A stretch of 64,000 bases of DNA from a virus (lineage: Duplodnaviria; Caudoviricetes), in the IMG/VR virus record IMGVR_UViG_3300037312_000268, positions 1 through 64,000 of that record; one strand, given 5' to 3'. Shown here one piece after another: positions 1-10,200 of the stretch (its first letter is position 1; each line of letters opens with the position of its first letter). Both the position numbers and the translations under genes were made by a program. The notes below the pieces were generated by a model. That model was not told where the DNA came from, did no database searches, and saw only the letters and a program-made list of their open reading frames with translations.

Positions 1-2
1 GA

Positions 3-2441
3 ATGGCATATAATTTAACTCTTACTAATGCGACATTTGTCGCCAGCTCGTTCGGACAAGCCCTAAGCTCTGGTACTGGTGTTACCACTCCGATTACAGC
101 GATTACATCGTCTATGGCGAGTTGGGGCATCTCGCTCCGCATCAAAAAAACTGCACCTAGTTCGTTGACCATCGCGATTGGCCAGACCAAGATGTTCTAC
201 ATCGGCATTGACGGTAACGGTAACGTCCAGTGCAACTATGGCAGCTCGTCGGAACAGTCGGTTTTAACCAGTGGTACACGATACGATGACGGCGTGTCAC
301 ACCTCGTCGCAGTTGATTTTGATGCCAATGGTATGCGCCTGTATGTGGATGGTGTGCAAAAGGCTACTAAGGCTACGACTTGGGCGTCGTCAGGACCGGG
401 GACTCCGGGTAACATCAGTATTGGCAATTATAACGGCGGTTATGCATGGACGGGAGAAATCGACGATGTTGCGATCTTCTCCACAGCACAGCATACAGGT
501 GCGTCTTACACACCTCCGACGACAGCGACCAGTACACAGGCTCCGAACCTGCTGGCACTGTGGGCATTGGATGGTAACGGAAACGACACTGCGGGTGTAG
601 CACCACCGGCCGCTACGGCATTGACATTGACCGGCCCTACTTCGGGCGTGGTGAATACTGCATCTTCAAACTTCACTGTAGCCCTGTCTCCTACAGGCGG
701 TACAGTAGCCTCCGCAGTGACGGTAACTCCATCGGATGGTGGTGCAAGCGGCACATTCAGCCCAGCTACCGTTAGCTTAACGACTGCCAGCCCATCTGCA
801 ACTTTCACATACACCGCTGTAAGTACAGGTCCAAAAACAATCAGTGTGGCGAACAACGGATCGTTGACGAATCCTAGTGCAATTACGTACACAGTGACGG
901 CGACGGCAGACACGACTGCGCCGACTATGAACGGTACGTTGACCGTGAGTTCCATCACGTCTACAAGTGCGACCCTAACATGGGTCGCGGGTAGTGATGA
1001 TGTAGGTGTGACAAGCTACGAAGTTGACCCCGGCACAGGAACGTACACCAATGTTGGGAACGTTCTTACCTACAATATTACCGGCCTGTCCGCATCTACC
1101 GCATACACAGCCAATGTCCGCGCTGATGACGCAGCGGGTAACAAGAGCACTCCACTTAGTGCTCAGTTCACGACCGCAGCCCCGCCTCTGGTCAATTATA
1201 TTGATACATCCAAGATAAAGTTTTCGCCGGGTAATTGGGTTACCACGTCTACTACAGCAAAAGGCATCAACTCAGGCATCTATTTTGAAACTGTCTTTAC
1301 AGGAAATAACGTTACGCTTACATGGGATATGACGAATATCTCCAATGTGCAAGTTATGTGGCGTATCGACAAATACGGCCCGTGGACAATACAAGACATG
1401 GCCGCATCCATGCCACTAACAATGCCAACTGACACGTCAGCATGGGCTACGAAACCGGGCCATTTTCTGGAAGTGTTCATCAAGGCGCGCACGGAGAACA
1501 CGCTGCGCTGGTCGTACCCCATGACACTGAATGGCATTTATTTGGACAATGGTGCAACTTTGAATATCCCCCCAACCGCCCCGCTTAAAGGTATGGTTTT
1601 TGGGGATAGCATCACGGAAGGGTGTCGTACGGTTAAGCCTCTCGGAACACCTGACCAGTATAGCCACGATTCGTTTCTTGGATGGGCAAATGAATATCGT
1701 CATTTGTTGGGTGCAGAAATTGGTATTGTAGGGTTTAGTGCACAGGGTTGGGGGATTATGGGCGCAGGTTCTGTACCATCCTTTAACGGAGCGTATAACT
1801 ATGTTTATCAAGGGGTTCCTCGCACATTCCCAACGGATTTGGATTTTATTGAAATTGCACATGGGACCAATGACGGTTCAGGTTTAACGTCCGCAACTGT
1901 GCTGACAGGGTTAAATGGCGTTCTTGCTGCGACTACGTCCCGAACGAAGATCATTCTTACATCACCGTTTAGTGGTTCTGGGGCAACGGCAATTCAAACT
2001 GCAATTTCGCAATGCTCTGATCCAACACGCTGCTATTACATTTCTGGCATAGGTTTGTTCACTACCGCCAATTCAAGTGACGGCACCCACCCTTACGGTT
2101 CCGAGAACATTGTTCACATTGCTCCAGCAAAAGCATCCCTTGTGAAAACGATCCTTGCTGCTTCTACTGCTATTACACCTGTTGCACGTACTGTCACCTT
2201 GACATTAGGCGATGCAAGCGGGCCGGCGGCAAATCTGACAAACGTATCGGTGGCCGTTTATGAACAGTCTACACCGGGAAGCAGTGTCGCACCTGTGTAC
2301 AAAACTGAGAATGCCACTACAAATGCCTCGGGTGTTATGTCACTCACTGTTCAAACTACCCTCGCATCGGGAGCAACTGGTAGGGTTGAAGTTCGTACAC
2401 AGGATGGTAGACACTACAATGGACCTGTGAGTTTGGTATGA
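3..2441 (+). CDS. Multidomain virion accessory/fibre protein: LamG-like (concanavalin fold), Ig-like, fibronectin type III, SGNH/GDSL esterase, C-terminal Ig-like
   Basis: LamG motifs (HLVAVDF, RLYVDG, WTGEIDDVAIF); FN3 (DTTAP...TSATLTW...DDVGVTSY...TGLSASTAY...V.A.DAAGNKS); SGNH blocks FGDS / GTND / DGTHP. Upstream RBS is outside the window. Confidence 0.75.
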   Translation: MAYNLTLTNATFVASSFGQALSSGTGVTTPITAITSSMASWGISLRIKKTAPSSLTIAIGQTKMFYIGIDGNGNVQCNYGSSSEQSVLTSGTRYDDGVSHLVAVDFDANGMRLYVDGVQKATKATTWASSGPGTPGNISIGNYNGGYAWTGEIDDVAIFSTAQHTGASYTPPTTATSTQAPNLLALWALDGNGNDTAGVAPPAATALTLTGPTSGVVNTASSNFTVALSPTGGTVASAVTVTPSDGGASGTFSPATVSLTTASPSATFTYTAVSTGPKTISVANNGSLTNPSAITYTVTATADTTAPTMNGTLTVSSITSTSATLTWVAGSDDVGVTSYEVDPGTGTYTNVGNVLTYNITGLSASTAYTANVRADDAAGNKSTPLSAQFTTAAPPLVNYIDTSKIKFSPGNWVTTSTTAKGINSGIYFETVFTGNNVTLTWDMTNISNVQVMWRIDKYGPWTIQDMAASMPLTMPTDTSAWATKPGHFLEVFIKARTENTLRWSYPMTLNGIYLDNGATLNIPPTAPLKGMVFGDSITEGCRTVKPLGTPDQYSHDSFLGWANEYRHLLGAEIGIVGFSAQGWGIMGAGSVPSFNGAYNYVYQGVPRTFPTDLDFIEIAHGTNDGSGLTSATVLTGLNGVLAATTSRTKIILTSPFSGSGATAIQTAISQCSDPTRCYYISGIGLFTTANSSDGTHPYGSENIVHIAPAKASLVKTILAASTAITPVARTVTLTLGDASGPAANLTNVSVAVYEQSTPGSSVAPVYKTENATTNASGVMSLTVQTTLASGATGRVEVRTQDGRHYNGPVSLV

Positions 2442-3133
2442 CAGCATATTTAGCCCCGAACTCCCTAGGTTCGGGGGTGTACCTTGCTCCAAACACCCCC
2501 ACTACTTCCGCAGCACTTTCTTGTTCTATCTTAGCCACTTCATCGGCCAGTGCTTCACTGACTACTGCTATTAAGCTTTCTTCATCAATTTTATCACAAG
2601 CATCGGTTTTAGGTAGCCTTGCCACAGGGATTAATCTCAATGCCAGTTTACAGGCCATATCTTATGCGGCAGCTTCGCTGACAAGCTTGACTAGATTCAG
2701 TGCAACGATTGTTGCGCAAAGTTCAGTTGTAGCCGATTTAACATCTGTACAGGTAATCCCTATGTTTACACCAAGTCTAGCAAGAACAATTAGCGTACAA
2801 GCTGTGTCTCCTGTTTTCACAGGAGGTAAGTGGTGGACTCTTTCTGATCCTAAGAAACCTCGTGCAGCTAAAGACCCGGACGCTACTATTGATATTACTT
2901 TTGACTGGTCTGCATGGCTGGATGACATTGGCTCTGTGACTATTTCAGATGTAACGTTCACACTTAACGGTGTTAGTAGTGTTGGTACATTCTCGGATGG
3001 GATCAAAACAACCGTATTCGTTGCTGGAGGCACGTCCGGCAGTGCTGCCACAGTAGCTTGTAAAATTACGACGCTTACAACACCTCCGCGCACAGACGAA
3101 CGTACCATCTACTTAGATATTGGGGATGAATAA
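2438..3133 (+). CDS. Virion structural protein; C-terminal fibre/tail adaptor-like domain
   Basis: Overlaps previous stop (ATGA). Ser/Ala/Thr-rich repetitive N-half; C-terminal KDPDATIDITFDWSAWL motif typical of small phage adaptor proteins. Confidence 0.55.
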   Translation: MTAYLAPNSLGSGVYLAPNTPTTSAALSCSILATSSASASLTTAIKLSSSILSQASVLGSLATGINLNASLQAISYAAASLTSLTRFSATIVAQSSVVADLTSVQVIPMFTPSLARTISVQAVSPVFTGGKWWTLSDPKKPRAAKDPDATIDITFDWSAWLDDIGSVTISDVTFTLNGVSSVGTFSDGIKTTVFVAGGTSGSAATVACKITTLTTPPRTDERTIYLDIGDE

Positions 3134-3540
3134 TGCGCTCCTGTACTGTTGTGGTTGTAACAGAATCGCTAGATAAAGACGATGTTACTTTTGCAGCAAA
3201 GCCAAAGACAAGTCTTCGTGCTGTGCCTCTCAACTCGACATCAAAGCAAATCGTGAAGGAAGCTGAGGACATGTCTGTCGATGTGTTCTCAGTTTTTGAA
3301 ACGAACACAAGCTTGCCAGCAAACTTAACAGGGATGGCTTTGTTCATCACACTTAAAAATACTGACGATATTGTTGCACAGGTAAAAGGCAAGGTTAATT
3401 CTGATATCAAAAACATAGTGCACTTCAAGACAATTGAAGAGTCAGGCATTACAAAAGGATTCTATCAGTACGATGTCGTTGTGAAGGCGGCTAATGAGTA
3501 TGAGCAGAGCCTTCTATCTGGCTCATATGTTGTTCGCTAA
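3133..3540 (+). CDS. Hypothetical structural protein
   Basis: 135-aa ORF coupled to previous stop (TAATG), beta-rich composition, in the morphogenesis block. Confidence 0.5.
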   Translation: MRSCTVVVVTESLDKDDVTFAAKPKTSLRAVPLNSTSKQIVKEAEDMSVDVFSVFETNTSLPANLTGMALFITLKNTDDIVAQVKGKVNSDIKNIVHFKTIEESGITKGFYQYDVVVKAANEYEQSLLSGSYVVR

Positions 3541-3542
3541 AA

Positions 3543-3571
3543 TTGACAAGAATGTTGTCCAATGCTATAAT
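3543..3571 (+). promoter_or_regulatory. sigma70-type promoter
   Basis: TTGACA-17 nt-TATAAT, perfect consensus, 21 nt before the next ATG. Confidence 0.8.
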
Positions 3572-3592
3572 TCTGATCTATAAGGAGAGCGA

Positions 3593-4039
3593 ATGGGAAG
3601 CTTTCTAGACTCTCTAAAGTCTAACATTGAACGTGTGCAAACAGAGGTGAATGATAAAATCACTGACGTAGCATACAAGCTGTTCTATCGCGTTGTAAGC
3701 AACTCCCCTCATGTTGGCGATGGCCCGTATGTAGCAGGCCATTTCGTTGCCAATTGGTTCCCTGCTGTGAACATGTTTGATCCATCTATTACGAATGTTA
3801 CGAGCAATGGCAGCGACAGCCTATCTAGGATTGATAGCATCGTTAAGGGCTCTAAAGCATTTTATGGCAAGGATGGGTTTGTGTCAATGTCCAACAATCT
3901 TAACTATGCGTTCCGCGTGGAGTACGCTGGTTGGCCCGCTGGCAAAGACCCTATTAGTGGATGGACTTGGACAGGTATGCGGCGTTATTACGCTCCAGTG
4001 TCTACGTCAATTCTCGGTACGAAGGCAGACTTACAATGA
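3593..4039 (+). CDS. Tail completion / neck protein (HK97 gp10-like)
   Basis: AAGGAG RBS; motifs SP...G.Y.AGHFVANW and SNNLNYAFRVEY.GW; position before tail terminator. Confidence 0.65.
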   Translation: MGSFLDSLKSNIERVQTEVNDKITDVAYKLFYRVVSNSPHVGDGPYVAGHFVANWFPAVNMFDPSITNVTSNGSDSLSRIDSIVKGSKAFYGKDGFVSMSNNLNYAFRVEYAGWPAGKDPISGWTWTGMRRYYAPVSTSILGTKADLQ

Positions 4040-4434
4040 ACATTAGACAAGAAATTGAAGGTGCTATTGCGGCTTTCGCAGCGGCTCAAAGTCCTGCTAT
4101 CACGGTGTCTTACGAAGGTGTAGCTTTCAACAAACCTGTAGGCGCCCCGTGGCTTGAAGTTGTATTTCTTAACAGTGTTACGACCAATGCCACTGTAGAT
4201 GCTGCTAGAACTAGGACATACGGCACAGTGCAAATCGCGGTGTATGTACCTGACAACAAAGGCATGAAGCAGCTTGACACACTTACTAACGCTATTGCGG
4301 CACTGTTCCCTGTGACGGATCGTGCCCGCTATAGTACATTTTTTGTGGATCAGCCGCCTAACATTAGTCCTGCGATGATTGATACACAATTTAGGATGGC
4401 TGCTGTTAGGGTTAAATACCGTCAGGAAGCCTAA
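4036..4434 (+). CDS. Tail terminator protein
   Basis: Start moved to ATG 4036 (ATGA overlap; MNIRQEIEG). YEGVAFNKP..PWLEV and G.VQI.V..P...G motifs; directly before tail tube gene. Confidence 0.65.
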   Translation: MNIRQEIEGAIAAFAAAQSPAITVSYEGVAFNKPVGAPWLEVVFLNSVTTNATVDAARTRTYGTVQIAVYVPDNKGMKQLDTLTNAIAALFPVTDRARYSTFFVDQPPNISPAMIDTQFRMAAVRVKYRQEA

Positions 4435-4504
4435 TAACAAGATATGGCTCATGCCGTATAACAAGCATCTTTTGCAAAAGATTATTTAATATAAAGGAAA
4501 TAAA

Positions 4505-4957
4505 ATGAGCGGTTCTCTTGCTATTACATCGGCAACAACTTCTATCAGCATGTCGGCTACGCTGCCTGCTACGTACACTTCCACTGACTTTGCCTCTCTG
4601 ACATGGATTCCGATTACTGAAGTGTCGAACCTTGGCGTGTTTGGTGGTAAGACCACAGTGGTCAAATTTACAGCTGTTGACACGGCTGTAGTCACCAAGC
4701 GCTCGGGTAGTGTTGACTATGGCACTATTTCGATGACTCTTGCTAAGCACGCTGGCGCGGATTATACTGCACTTCAAACAGCATTCAATGCCCGCACCCC
4801 AGTTGCATTCAAGATCACTTACCCCGGTTCGATGGGTCATGACTATTTTTCGGGTATTGTAACTTCGCTGCAAGTTAACGTCGGTACTGCTGATAAGATT
4901 CTTGAGCAGACTATCGATATTGAGCTTGACAACTCGATTATTTTCTCTGCAACCTAA
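4505..4957 (+). CDS. Major tail tube protein
   Basis: AAAGGAAA RBS; 150 aa; I.EV.NLG.FGG...VV.F motif, KRSGSVDYG, G..DYFSG.V; upstream of chaperone and tape measure. Confidence 0.8.
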   Translation: MSGSLAITSATTSISMSATLPATYTSTDFASLTWIPITEVSNLGVFGGKTTVVKFTAVDTAVVTKRSGSVDYGTISMTLAKHAGADYTALQTAFNARTPVAFKITYPGSMGHDYFSGIVTSLQVNVGTADKILEQTIDIELDNSIIFSAT

Positions 4958-5094
4958 TAGTGATTAAGAGGGTTGCTGCCCTCTGTAGTAAGCGTAACGC
5001 TGTGAAGCGCCGCTGTTTGCAATTAGAAAGTGTGTCGGTAAAGCGCACTTTCTTAAGCATTCTTGACTTTACGAGAATATTTAAGAAAGCGTTT

Positions 5095-6309
5095 ATGCCA
5101 AATAAATTAACACAAGAAGAGTATATCACCAGATGTGTAGAAGCGCACGGTTCGTTGTACGGCCTACAACATATAGTATATAAGAACTCATCCTCAAAAG
5201 TGGCAGTTGAGTGCAAAAAGCATGGGATTTTCAGCGTTAATGCCAGCACGTTTATGAGGGGCACAGGATGTGCCAAATGTGCATGGGAGCAGAACGGGTT
5301 GAATCACAGGCTCACACAAGACGAGTTTTTAGCTACCAGTGTAAAAATGCACGGAGATTCTTACAACTACAAAAATACCGTTTACACTAGGAGCGATCTT
5401 AAAATCGAAATCTGGTGCAACTCTTGTGAGAACTTTTTCAGCATCACGCCAGAAGCTCATCTTGCAGGCCAAGGTTGTAAGGCTTGCGGATATAAGAAGA
5501 ACGGCGAGAATTCACAAATTAGTTTTGACACTTTTGTAGAACAATCAAACAAATCGCACAATGGTAGATTCTCTTACGAACATGTGAGGCTCACGTGGAA
5601 AGGCATTAAAACCACTAAATTTAACCTCTATTGCGACGTGCACGAAGAAACCTTCAGTACTACAGCAAGTCGTCACATAAAAGGCGCAGGGTGCCCGCGT
5701 TGTTCTAAGATTCTTGGAGGTATTAAGAATCGAAGCAACACTGAACAGTTTATTTCCGAGGCGGTTGGTAAGTTCGGAGATGTGTTTGATTATTCTAGAG
5801 TTGAATACACTAAAAGTAATATAAAAGTTGAAATACGTTGTGTGGCGCATGACAGATGGTTCAGTGTAACTCCAAATGTTCACCTTCATCCTGACAATAG
5901 ACACGGAGGATGTCCTGAATGTGTTCAAGCGGGTTATAAGACTGCTAAGCCGGGGTATTTATATGTGTTGCATGTCGATGAACTTACTAAGATAGGTATA
6001 ACGAATAGAAGTCCGGAGGCTCGTTGTAAATCTGTTGCAAGAGAATCCAGCAAGAATTTTGAGGTTCTTACTTCTTATTATTTTACAGATGGAGCAGTCC
6101 CAAGAGATATCGAGACGATACTTTTGAGGGAACTGAAAGAGTTGTATAACCAACCATATGAACGATTCGACGGATATCGGGAGACGTTCTACAACGTCAA
6201 TCTACCACAACTACTAAACCGTATAGAACAACTAATTTCACAACAAACCGCAGCACAAGCTGCACTCAAAGAGCAACATAGCTCTAACCTCGCTTCACAA
6301 GAAGCATAA
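5095..6309 (+). CDS. Free-standing putative homing endonuclease: four Cys/His zinc-ribbon repeats plus C-terminal GIY-YIG-like domain
   Basis: Start moved to ATG 5095 (MPNKLTQEEY). Repeats of F...HG..Y.Y..V.Y......V.I.C..H..F......H..G.GC..C; C-terminal GYLYVL...TKIGIT.R..E.R. Interrupts the usual tail tube-chaperone adjacency. Confidence 0.75.
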   Translation: MPNKLTQEEYITRCVEAHGSLYGLQHIVYKNSSSKVAVECKKHGIFSVNASTFMRGTGCAKCAWEQNGLNHRLTQDEFLATSVKMHGDSYNYKNTVYTRSDLKIEIWCNSCENFFSITPEAHLAGQGCKACGYKKNGENSQISFDTFVEQSNKSHNGRFSYEHVRLTWKGIKTTKFNLYCDVHEETFSTTASRHIKGAGCPRCSKILGGIKNRSNTEQFISEAVGKFGDVFDYSRVEYTKSNIKVEIRCVAHDRWFSVTPNVHLHPDNRHGGCPECVQAGYKTAKPGYLYVLHVDELTKIGITNRSPEARCKSVARESSKNFEVLTSYYFTDGAVPRDIETILLRELKELYNQPYERFDGYRETFYNVNLPQLLNRIEQLISQQTAAQAALKEQHSSNLASQEA

Positions 6310-6333
6310 CATAAACTAAAAAGGAACTCTACC

Positions 6334-6750
6334 ATGACTTTTGAATTGAACTCGCTGGCCCTCTCGGAAGAAACCACTGTACAACTGACTCACCCTGTTA
6401 CTGACATGCCGCTGTTTGCACCTATTGGTAAAGGTGGAGACCCAGAATCGAAGCCGGTACAAGTGACCGTCAAGGGCGAGGCTAGCCAAGCATATCGTAA
6501 AGCAGTCGACGCGATGATGAAGAAGAACGCCAAGCGTGGTAAGCGTGAAGCTACTCCGGACGAGATGCGAGAACAAAGCGTCGAATTCCTGACGGCTCTG
6601 TCGGTTAAGATTGACAACATGACTCTGGATGGCGAGCCTGTCGATACGCCTGATGCCTTCCGTAAGTTGTACTCTGATCCGCGTTACGATTGGCTGAAGA
6701 CCCAAATTAATGCAGCCATCGGAGACACCGCAAGTTTTTTGAAAGCTTAA
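6334..6750 (+). CDS. Tail assembly chaperone (gpG-like)
   Basis: AAAGGA RBS; 138 aa between tail tube and tape measure; ends just after a slippery T TTT TTG heptamer. Confidence 0.8.
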   Translation: MTFELNSLALSEETTVQLTHPVTDMPLFAPIGKGGDPESKPVQVTVKGEASQAYRKAVDAMMKKNAKRGKREATPDEMREQSVEFLTALSVKIDNMTLDGEPVDTPDAFRKLYSDPRYDWLKTQINAAIGDTASFLKA

Positions 6751-7232
6751 GCAGTCTTCTAATTCTCTATTGCCGACAAATCGCATGGCTGGGTGCAACA
6801 CCAGATAAACAAAAAAGTAGCCGTCTTGAACAGCTTGAGGGGCGTGCCCTTCGTGAGCGTGATGAAGATGGCGCTACAACGACTGGCCCAGCAGGGGTTC
6901 ATTTGCCGGACATCCCCGGTCCGTGGGCCTACCTGTTGGGCTTTTTTAATTTGTCTGGACAAGCAATGCAGTCGGGAATGGGCCTTATACCTCTGACTTG
7001 GCAAGAACTTAAAGCATTTAGAGAAGAGAACGAATTGGACATCACCCTTTGGGAACGAGAACTGCTTAAGAAGATGTCAGAAGCTTATTGTGCAGAGTCA
7101 CACAAAGCTACCGACCCCAAACGACCCGCACCGTATGTGCCGGAAGAAGAACCTGATGAAGTGGATAACATTGCTAAGGCTATGGGATTCATGGAGCAGA
7201 TGCGATTGTTAAGAAAAGGGAATGAACAATGA
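6735..7232 (+). CDS. -1 frameshift extension of tail assembly chaperone (gpGT-like)
   Basis: X XXY YYZ heptamer T TTT TTG at 6735-6741. The -1 frame is stop-free (FFESLSSLLILYCRQIAWLG...) and continuous with track ORF 6903..7232. Confidence 0.8.
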   Translation, partial: FFESLSSLLILYCRQIAWLGATPDKQKSSRLEQLEGRALRERDEDGATTTGPAGVHLPDIPGPWAYLLGFFNLSGQAMQSGMGLIPLTWQELKAFREENELDITLWERELLKKMSEAYCAESHKATDPKRPAPYVPEEEPDEVDNIAKAMGFMEQMRLLRKGNEQ

Positions 7233-10200
7233 GTCTTGAAGCATCGACACTAACTATTGTAGTTAATTCTACAGGTATTCAGGATGCCACAAAAGCCTTA
7301 AACGACCTAGCCAAAGCAGGGGAAGCTGCTGAACAGAAAACTTCCAAGATTGGTAATGGTGCACAAGCTTCTGCCAAGGCGCAAGTGGATGCTGCCCAAC
7401 AAGCTGCATCTTCTTACAATGCCATCATCGACATGATGACTGAGAAGTCTAACACGTTCTACCAAGACAAAGCTATGAAGGCTGCTATTGCTAGCCAGCA
7501 AGAGTTGTTCGATGGAATGTCCATGATGGATAAGTTGTGGGCCTACAGTCAAGAGATGGCGCAGAAGGAAGCTGATAAACGTTCTAAAGAGTCTGCTGAC
7601 GTTCGTGCGCAACAACAAGCCATCCTTGACGCTGCTACGGCACGCTATGCAGCAGAACAAGAGCTTGCTAATCGTATGAATGCTTCGTATGACAAGCGAC
7701 AGTCTGCAAGTGTTGAAGATGCGCATGCTGCTGCTATTATCGAAGATAAGAAACGTGCTTGGCAAGCGTTGGGACAAGTGCAATCTGAAGCCATCAAGAT
7801 TAACCGAGACTTGGATGCCGCGCAGAAACGACTTGAGGACGATCACGCCTCCGCGATTCTTGAAGATAAGCGTCGTGCGTGGAAGGCTCTTGGACAGGCT
7901 CAACAGGAGGCGTTGTCTATCAATACCAAGATGGATCGTGATGCCCAAGAAGCACGGGCTGAGGGCGATGCTTATGTAGCAATGCTGAAGCGTCAAGCTG
8001 AAACAGTTGGTATGACAACCAAGCAGCTTAAGGAATATACTGCTGCTCAACAACTTGCTCGTGCAGAGACACTTGGTGTACGAAATCAAGTGGAGGGATT
8101 TGTCAGTACTCTGCAACAAGCGAAGGGTCCGCACGAGAACTTCAACCTCCTTACAGCAGGCTCTGCCCGCGAGATGATGGTGTTGATGCACGAACTTAGC
8201 CAAGGCCAGCTTAACCGTTTCTACGGCTCTCTGATTGTGTTAGGTGAGCGTATTAACTTCCTCCCTAAGACGCTGGAAAAGGTTGCTGAAGCTGCTGCTT
8301 CTCTTGGTGTCAGTATGAGCACTCTGGTTGTCGGGGCCGTTGCTGCGGTTGTGGCAATTGGTGCAGCCATCTACACATATGAAAAAAGCCGTGTTGCGCT
8401 GAAAGAACTCAACGAGCAGGCTATTCTGACTGGTCACTCGTTTGGTGCGACAGGTGAAGCCATGTACGAGATGTCCAACAAGATCGGTAATGCCAACGGT
8501 CGCATGGCTGACACGCGCGAGACTATGGTTAAACTTGCTGCCACGGGTAAGTTCACAGCAGATGAAATTGGAATGATTACTGAAGCTGCTGTAGGTCTTG
8601 AGAAGTATGGCGGTGTTTCTATTGACAACACAATCAAGCAATTTGAAAGACTTGCTGCCGAACCTACGAAGGCTAATGTGCGGGGCTTTAAAGGAATCTC
8701 TCAAGCCGCCGTTGAACTTAATCAACAGCTTGGATTTCTTGAACCTGCTGTCCTCGCAGAGGTTATTCATCTTGAGCGTATTGGTGATGTCGCAGGTGCA
8801 TCTGCCAAGGTTATCAAAGCCCTTGCCGACGAAGAGAAAAATCGAATCGTTGAATTAAAAGGTGAGCTTACAATCTTTGGTCAAGTGTTGGATGATATCA
8901 CCACAAAAGCCAAAGCAATGTGGAATTCCCTTTGGAATAAAGGCACTCTCCAAGACCAGCTTAGTGAAGTGACAGAGCATATTGTTACTCTTAGCACAAA
9001 GATTGGCAATGGTGGAATGTTGGCTAATAATGGGGTGCTTCAAAACGAGTTGAATGGGTATCTTGTAAAGTCTAACGAAATTCAAGACAAGATTGCAGCA
9101 AAAGATAAAAAAGAAGCGGATGCCAAACACAAACGTGACGTAGATAATGCAGCAGACCTTGCACAGATTGAAGTTAGGAACATTCTGGAAAGGGCAAAGT
9201 ACGAAACTCGTTTCCAAGAAGATAAGGCCCGGCTCGACAAACGTTTTGAAGAAATGCATGCTGGAGGTATCACTACTGGGCTCGGTAGCCAAGAGTCATA
9301 CGACACAGCACTAGCTGCCCTTAAGAAACAGGATACGCCTAAAGAGGCAAAGCCAAAGTCTGACGGATTGGCAGGGCTTAATGAGCATCTTGCACAAGTA
9401 AATGCACGTTATGAGATTGACAAACGCTATTACGACAATCAAGTCAAGTTTATCAACGATTTGCAACAAAAGAAGTTGATTTCAGACTCGGCAGCAGATC
9501 ATGCCAAGAAGGAGTTTCTTGACAACGAATCTAAGATGGAAGCTGATTCGTTGGATGCCCAACTGAAACTTGTTGATGGGTTTTATTCCAAAGACACTAG
9601 GCTGATGGAACAGGCCGCAACTAAGCGTGCTGAAATCCAAAAGCGTATTGAAAAAAATCAAACTGACACTGCCGCCCGAAATAACATCAACGCAACAGAC
9701 CCTGCTGCTCGCCAACAAAAAGAGCAGGACGATGCAGATGCTAAAACAGTTCAATTCGTCACCCAAGTAAATTCTCAAACACAAGCTATTCAGGCGAAGA
9801 TTGATGCTTATAATCGCATTCCTGAAGCTGCCCGTGCTGCTATCACGAACGAAAAGCAAATGCAGGATGAATTTACCAAAGCTGAAATCGAATGGAAGCA
9901 GCAACAGATTGACACTATCTCAGCAATGGGCGAAGGTAGTGCTGAAGAAGTGATTCGCCTCACTGCTGAGAAAAAAGCACTTGAAGATCGTGCTAAAGCT
10001 CAGCAAACTTGGGAAGAAATTCAGGCCAAAATCAACGCAAATGCTGCGCGTTCCGCCGCACTGACTAAAGTGGCAACTGAACAAGTTAGGATGTGGAAAG
10101 ACATTGGCAGCGAAATTGAAAAGTCTCTCAAAACTGCTTTTGGTAATTCTGGTGAAGCTGCTGGCAAGATGTTCAAAGCTTTCGCAGAAGGGCAAGCAGA

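Noticed and set aside
4960-5094. Track's upstream extension of the endonuclease ORF (MIKRVAAL...)
   Set aside because: It runs through hairpin sequence; homology-like repeats begin at MPNKLTQEEY (5095).
4958-6333. Group I intron containing the endonuclease
   Set aside because: The tail tube gene ends with its own stops (TAA TAG), the chaperone has its own RBS and start, and I found no P7/R/S core motifs; treated as a free-standing gene.
7716-7950. 40-aa tandem repeat in the tape measure (EDAHAAAIIEDKKRAWQALGQ / EDDHASAILEDKRRAWKALGQ)
   Set aside because: Real, but internal helical repeats are ordinary for tape measure proteins.
7307-8203. 298-aa antisense ORF inside the tape measure gene (and similar antisense ORFs at 17161..17904, 41270..42007, 25430..26101)
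   Set aside because: Shadow ORFs opposite well-supported genes; no RBS or recognisable motifs.
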